Source: Styela clava (taxonomy: Eukaryota). Taken from it: a DNA stretch of 64,000 bases. Location: contig NC_135252.1 of assembly GCF_964204865.1 (NCBI RefSeq), positions 16,988,001-17,052,000 of the forward strand, given 5' to 3'. Position 1 is the first letter of the stretch; each line of letters opens with the position of its first letter. Shown piece after piece: positions 63,530-64,000 of this stretch. The notes below the pieces were generated by a model that was given only the letters and a program-made list of their open reading frames with translations, ran no database searches and was not told the origin of the DNA. A program made the translations under genes and the position numbers.

Positions 63530-63860
63530 GGCGGTGTGGCGAATCGTGCCGTGCGTTAGGAGTACGCTTGCCATCGCACCCTTGATCACCCTAAGATTAC
63601 GAAACTTCGAACCCTGTCGGGGATAATTATGTGCGAGAAAATTGCTTGACTTCTTGCCGCCCTTCACGTAAGCGCTGGATGGTTATGGCTTCCTCTACCA
63701 TCAAGTGACTCAAATAAAATGCATGCTTCCGAAAAAAAATAACTAACTAATCCCATATCCCGTGTGGGCGGGTAACCGAACGAGAGGCCGTGGTTTGCCA
63801 TATTATGATTAAGCCGTCTTATCGACTTTCCGCTAAATATGTAAATTCTATCCTATCCTA
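63530..63860 (+). mobile_element. tRNA-derived SINE, diverged copy in last visible intron of paralog 5
   Basis: Colinear with 36710-37045 (ggcggtgtggc.., gcgttagga.tacgct, catgcttccgaaaa, aactaatcccata, gccgtcttatcg, tatgtaaat.ctatcctatccta). Confidence 0.78.
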
Positions 63861-64000
63861 ATTTTTACATCAAGCATCAGAAGTTACAATCCGTGCAATA
63901 TGTACAAATATATCAGTAGTACCTTGTAAACGAGTTGCTCTCATTTGCAACGCAATCACAGTTGGCAGTTGCAATATCAAAACCGTAGTTGTGCAGCGTT

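Overview
AT-rich, intron-containing eukaryotic genomic DNA. It looks like a compact animal genome; a marine invertebrate such as an ascidian is a guess only. The window holds a tandem cluster of five paralogous multi-exon genes: three on the minus strand (1146-5812, 9656-15549, 20712-27808) and two on the plus strand (30845-35978; 53634->63407, last exon outside the window). Each encodes a class II DYRK-derived (DYRK2/3/4-like) kinase with NAPA and DH-box-like segments and conserved intron positions. Unlike canonical cytosolic/nuclear DYRKs, every paralog begins with a short basic tail, one hydrophobic segment and a long variable stem, which is the layout of a type II Golgi/secretory membrane protein. 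The kinase domains have also gained N-glycosylation sequons (one shared by all five), lost the HCD cysteine and gained a new activation-loop cysteine. Three of the five have lost both the autophosphorylated Tyr and its partner Arg. Together this suggests a lineage-specific family of luminal or secreted CMGC-derived kinases (inference; needs transcript and localisation data). Intergenic and intronic DNA carries several non-autonomous DNA transposons (hAT, CACTA/EnSpm-like, palindromic MITEs, a foldback element), two tRNA-derived SINE copies and an orphan duplicated first exon. Exon boundaries were derived by hand from GT-AG sites and reading-frame phase.
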